Positions 63,204 through 64,000 of a stretch of 64,000 bases of DNA are shown piece after piece; the first letter of the stretch is position 1; each line of letters starts with the position of its first letter. Both the position numbers and the translations under genes were made by a program. Source of the DNA: Caecitellus pseudoparvulus (taxonomy: Eukaryota; Protista; Bigyra: Bicosoecida). The stretch spans positions 372,001-436,000 of the forward strand of contig CBFFRQ010000019.1 of assembly GCA_965644315.1 (NCBI GenBank). Direction: 5' to 3'. Under the pieces are notes generated by a model, which was not told the origin of the DNA, made no database searches, and saw nothing but the letters and a program-made list of their open reading frames with translations.

Positions 63204-64000
63204 GCGGCGTGTGGCACCAGTGCGTGTGTGTGTGGGGGGGGGGGGGGCACTGCTGGCTGGGCCGGTGTACCAGTGGTGTGGCGGCTGGAGGGTGGGGGTG
63301 CTGGTGCCAAGCTGGCACGTGCAGTGCCCGTTGGAGCCTAGCGAGGGGGTGGATTGTGCGCTGCAAGCATGGAAGGGGGGCGTCTGCGGCGGACGGGGAG
63401 GGGTTTGAGGGGGGGAGACGGAGCACCGGCCACTGCAGGCGAGCCCACACCAGCACAACGCACAATTAAATGCCCAGACAGCCCACGTCTACCTTCACTT
63501 TCGCACTTCACCATGGCCACGGCACACTTGCACAGGCCCGCACCACTGCCAAGCCATCAGCACCGTGCACGGTGGGCGTGAACCAGGCCCTGCATCGCTC
63601 GCCTGAACCACGCGCTGGCCAGTCCCCGGCACCTGTACCGGCTGTTCTCCACACATTGCACCACCTCGCCAGCATGAGCTACCGGTCGTGGCTGGAGCAG
63701 GGGCAGCAAGGCGTGCAAGTGCTGCAGGGTCAATTTCCGCCAGTCCACGCCAGTCCACGCCCTCCGCCTGCACCGCCCCTTCGCAGGTCTTCCTCTGGGG
63801 GGTGGGGCCAAGCACGAGTTCTGCCGTCTCACACCAGCTTCACTAGTGCCCCTGCAGTGCACGTTCCCATGGCGCAGCTGCGGACTGCAGGACCCGCAAC
63901 CGCCCACCCTGCCGCACCGCCCACGCCAGACTTCGCAGCAGCTGCCAATTCGAGTAAGTTTTTGACGCCTGGAATGAGGGATTTCCTCACCACTGTCCGC

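Noticed and set aside
63495-63815. Possible DZIP1-like VDWR..AEID motif
   Set aside because: Too short, no supporting ORF context or ATG; the region looks like upstream regulatory DNA with a short GCGTGGACTG duplication.
32860-64000. The many overlapping 60-700-aa ORFs on both strands of the GC-rich half
   Set aside because: Shadow frames expected in high-GC DNA with few stop codons. They overlap genes with recognisable motifs and have Arg/Pro/Cys/Trp-rich nonsense composition.

Overview
The window has two sharply different halves. Positions 1 to about 32,840 are very AT-rich and intronless. They hold two different, co-oriented endogenous virophages (Lavidaviridae-like), each with a complete, syntenic morphogenesis module: HeH/peptidase/nucleotidyltransferase polyprotein, small core protein, ~620-aa protein, packaging ATPase, cysteine protease, penton, major capsid protein (MCP), fibre and DUF5754-like protein. 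Element A (<1 to ~19,415) also carries a chromodomain-tipped integrase-like C-terminus, a PD-(D/E)xK nuclease, a Dam-type methyltransferase, a short protein-primed-type PolB, a Zn finger and an SF3 helicase. Element B (~19,416 to ~32,840) shows no replication genes in the window, and its GIY-YIG gene appears cut exactly where A's terminal region ends, which suggests A is nested inside B. The capsids look Sputnik/YSLV-like rather than mavirus-like, while A's replication and integration genes are mavirus/Polinton-like. The two fibres share a near-identical C-terminal two thirds. From ~32,840 to 64,000 the sequence is a compact, GC-rich protist genome with short GT-AG introns. It encodes a SWEET transporter, a CMGC kinase, presequence protease, a TALE homeobox protein, Pelota, an NTPase-nuclease effector-like gene and several hypothetical proteins. 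It also holds a 4.4-kb IS5/PIF-Harbinger-like transposon with 24-bp TIRs, a TA duplication and a SAP-domain ORF. All family calls come from motif recognition by eye; no searches were run, and identity figures are rough hand estimates.
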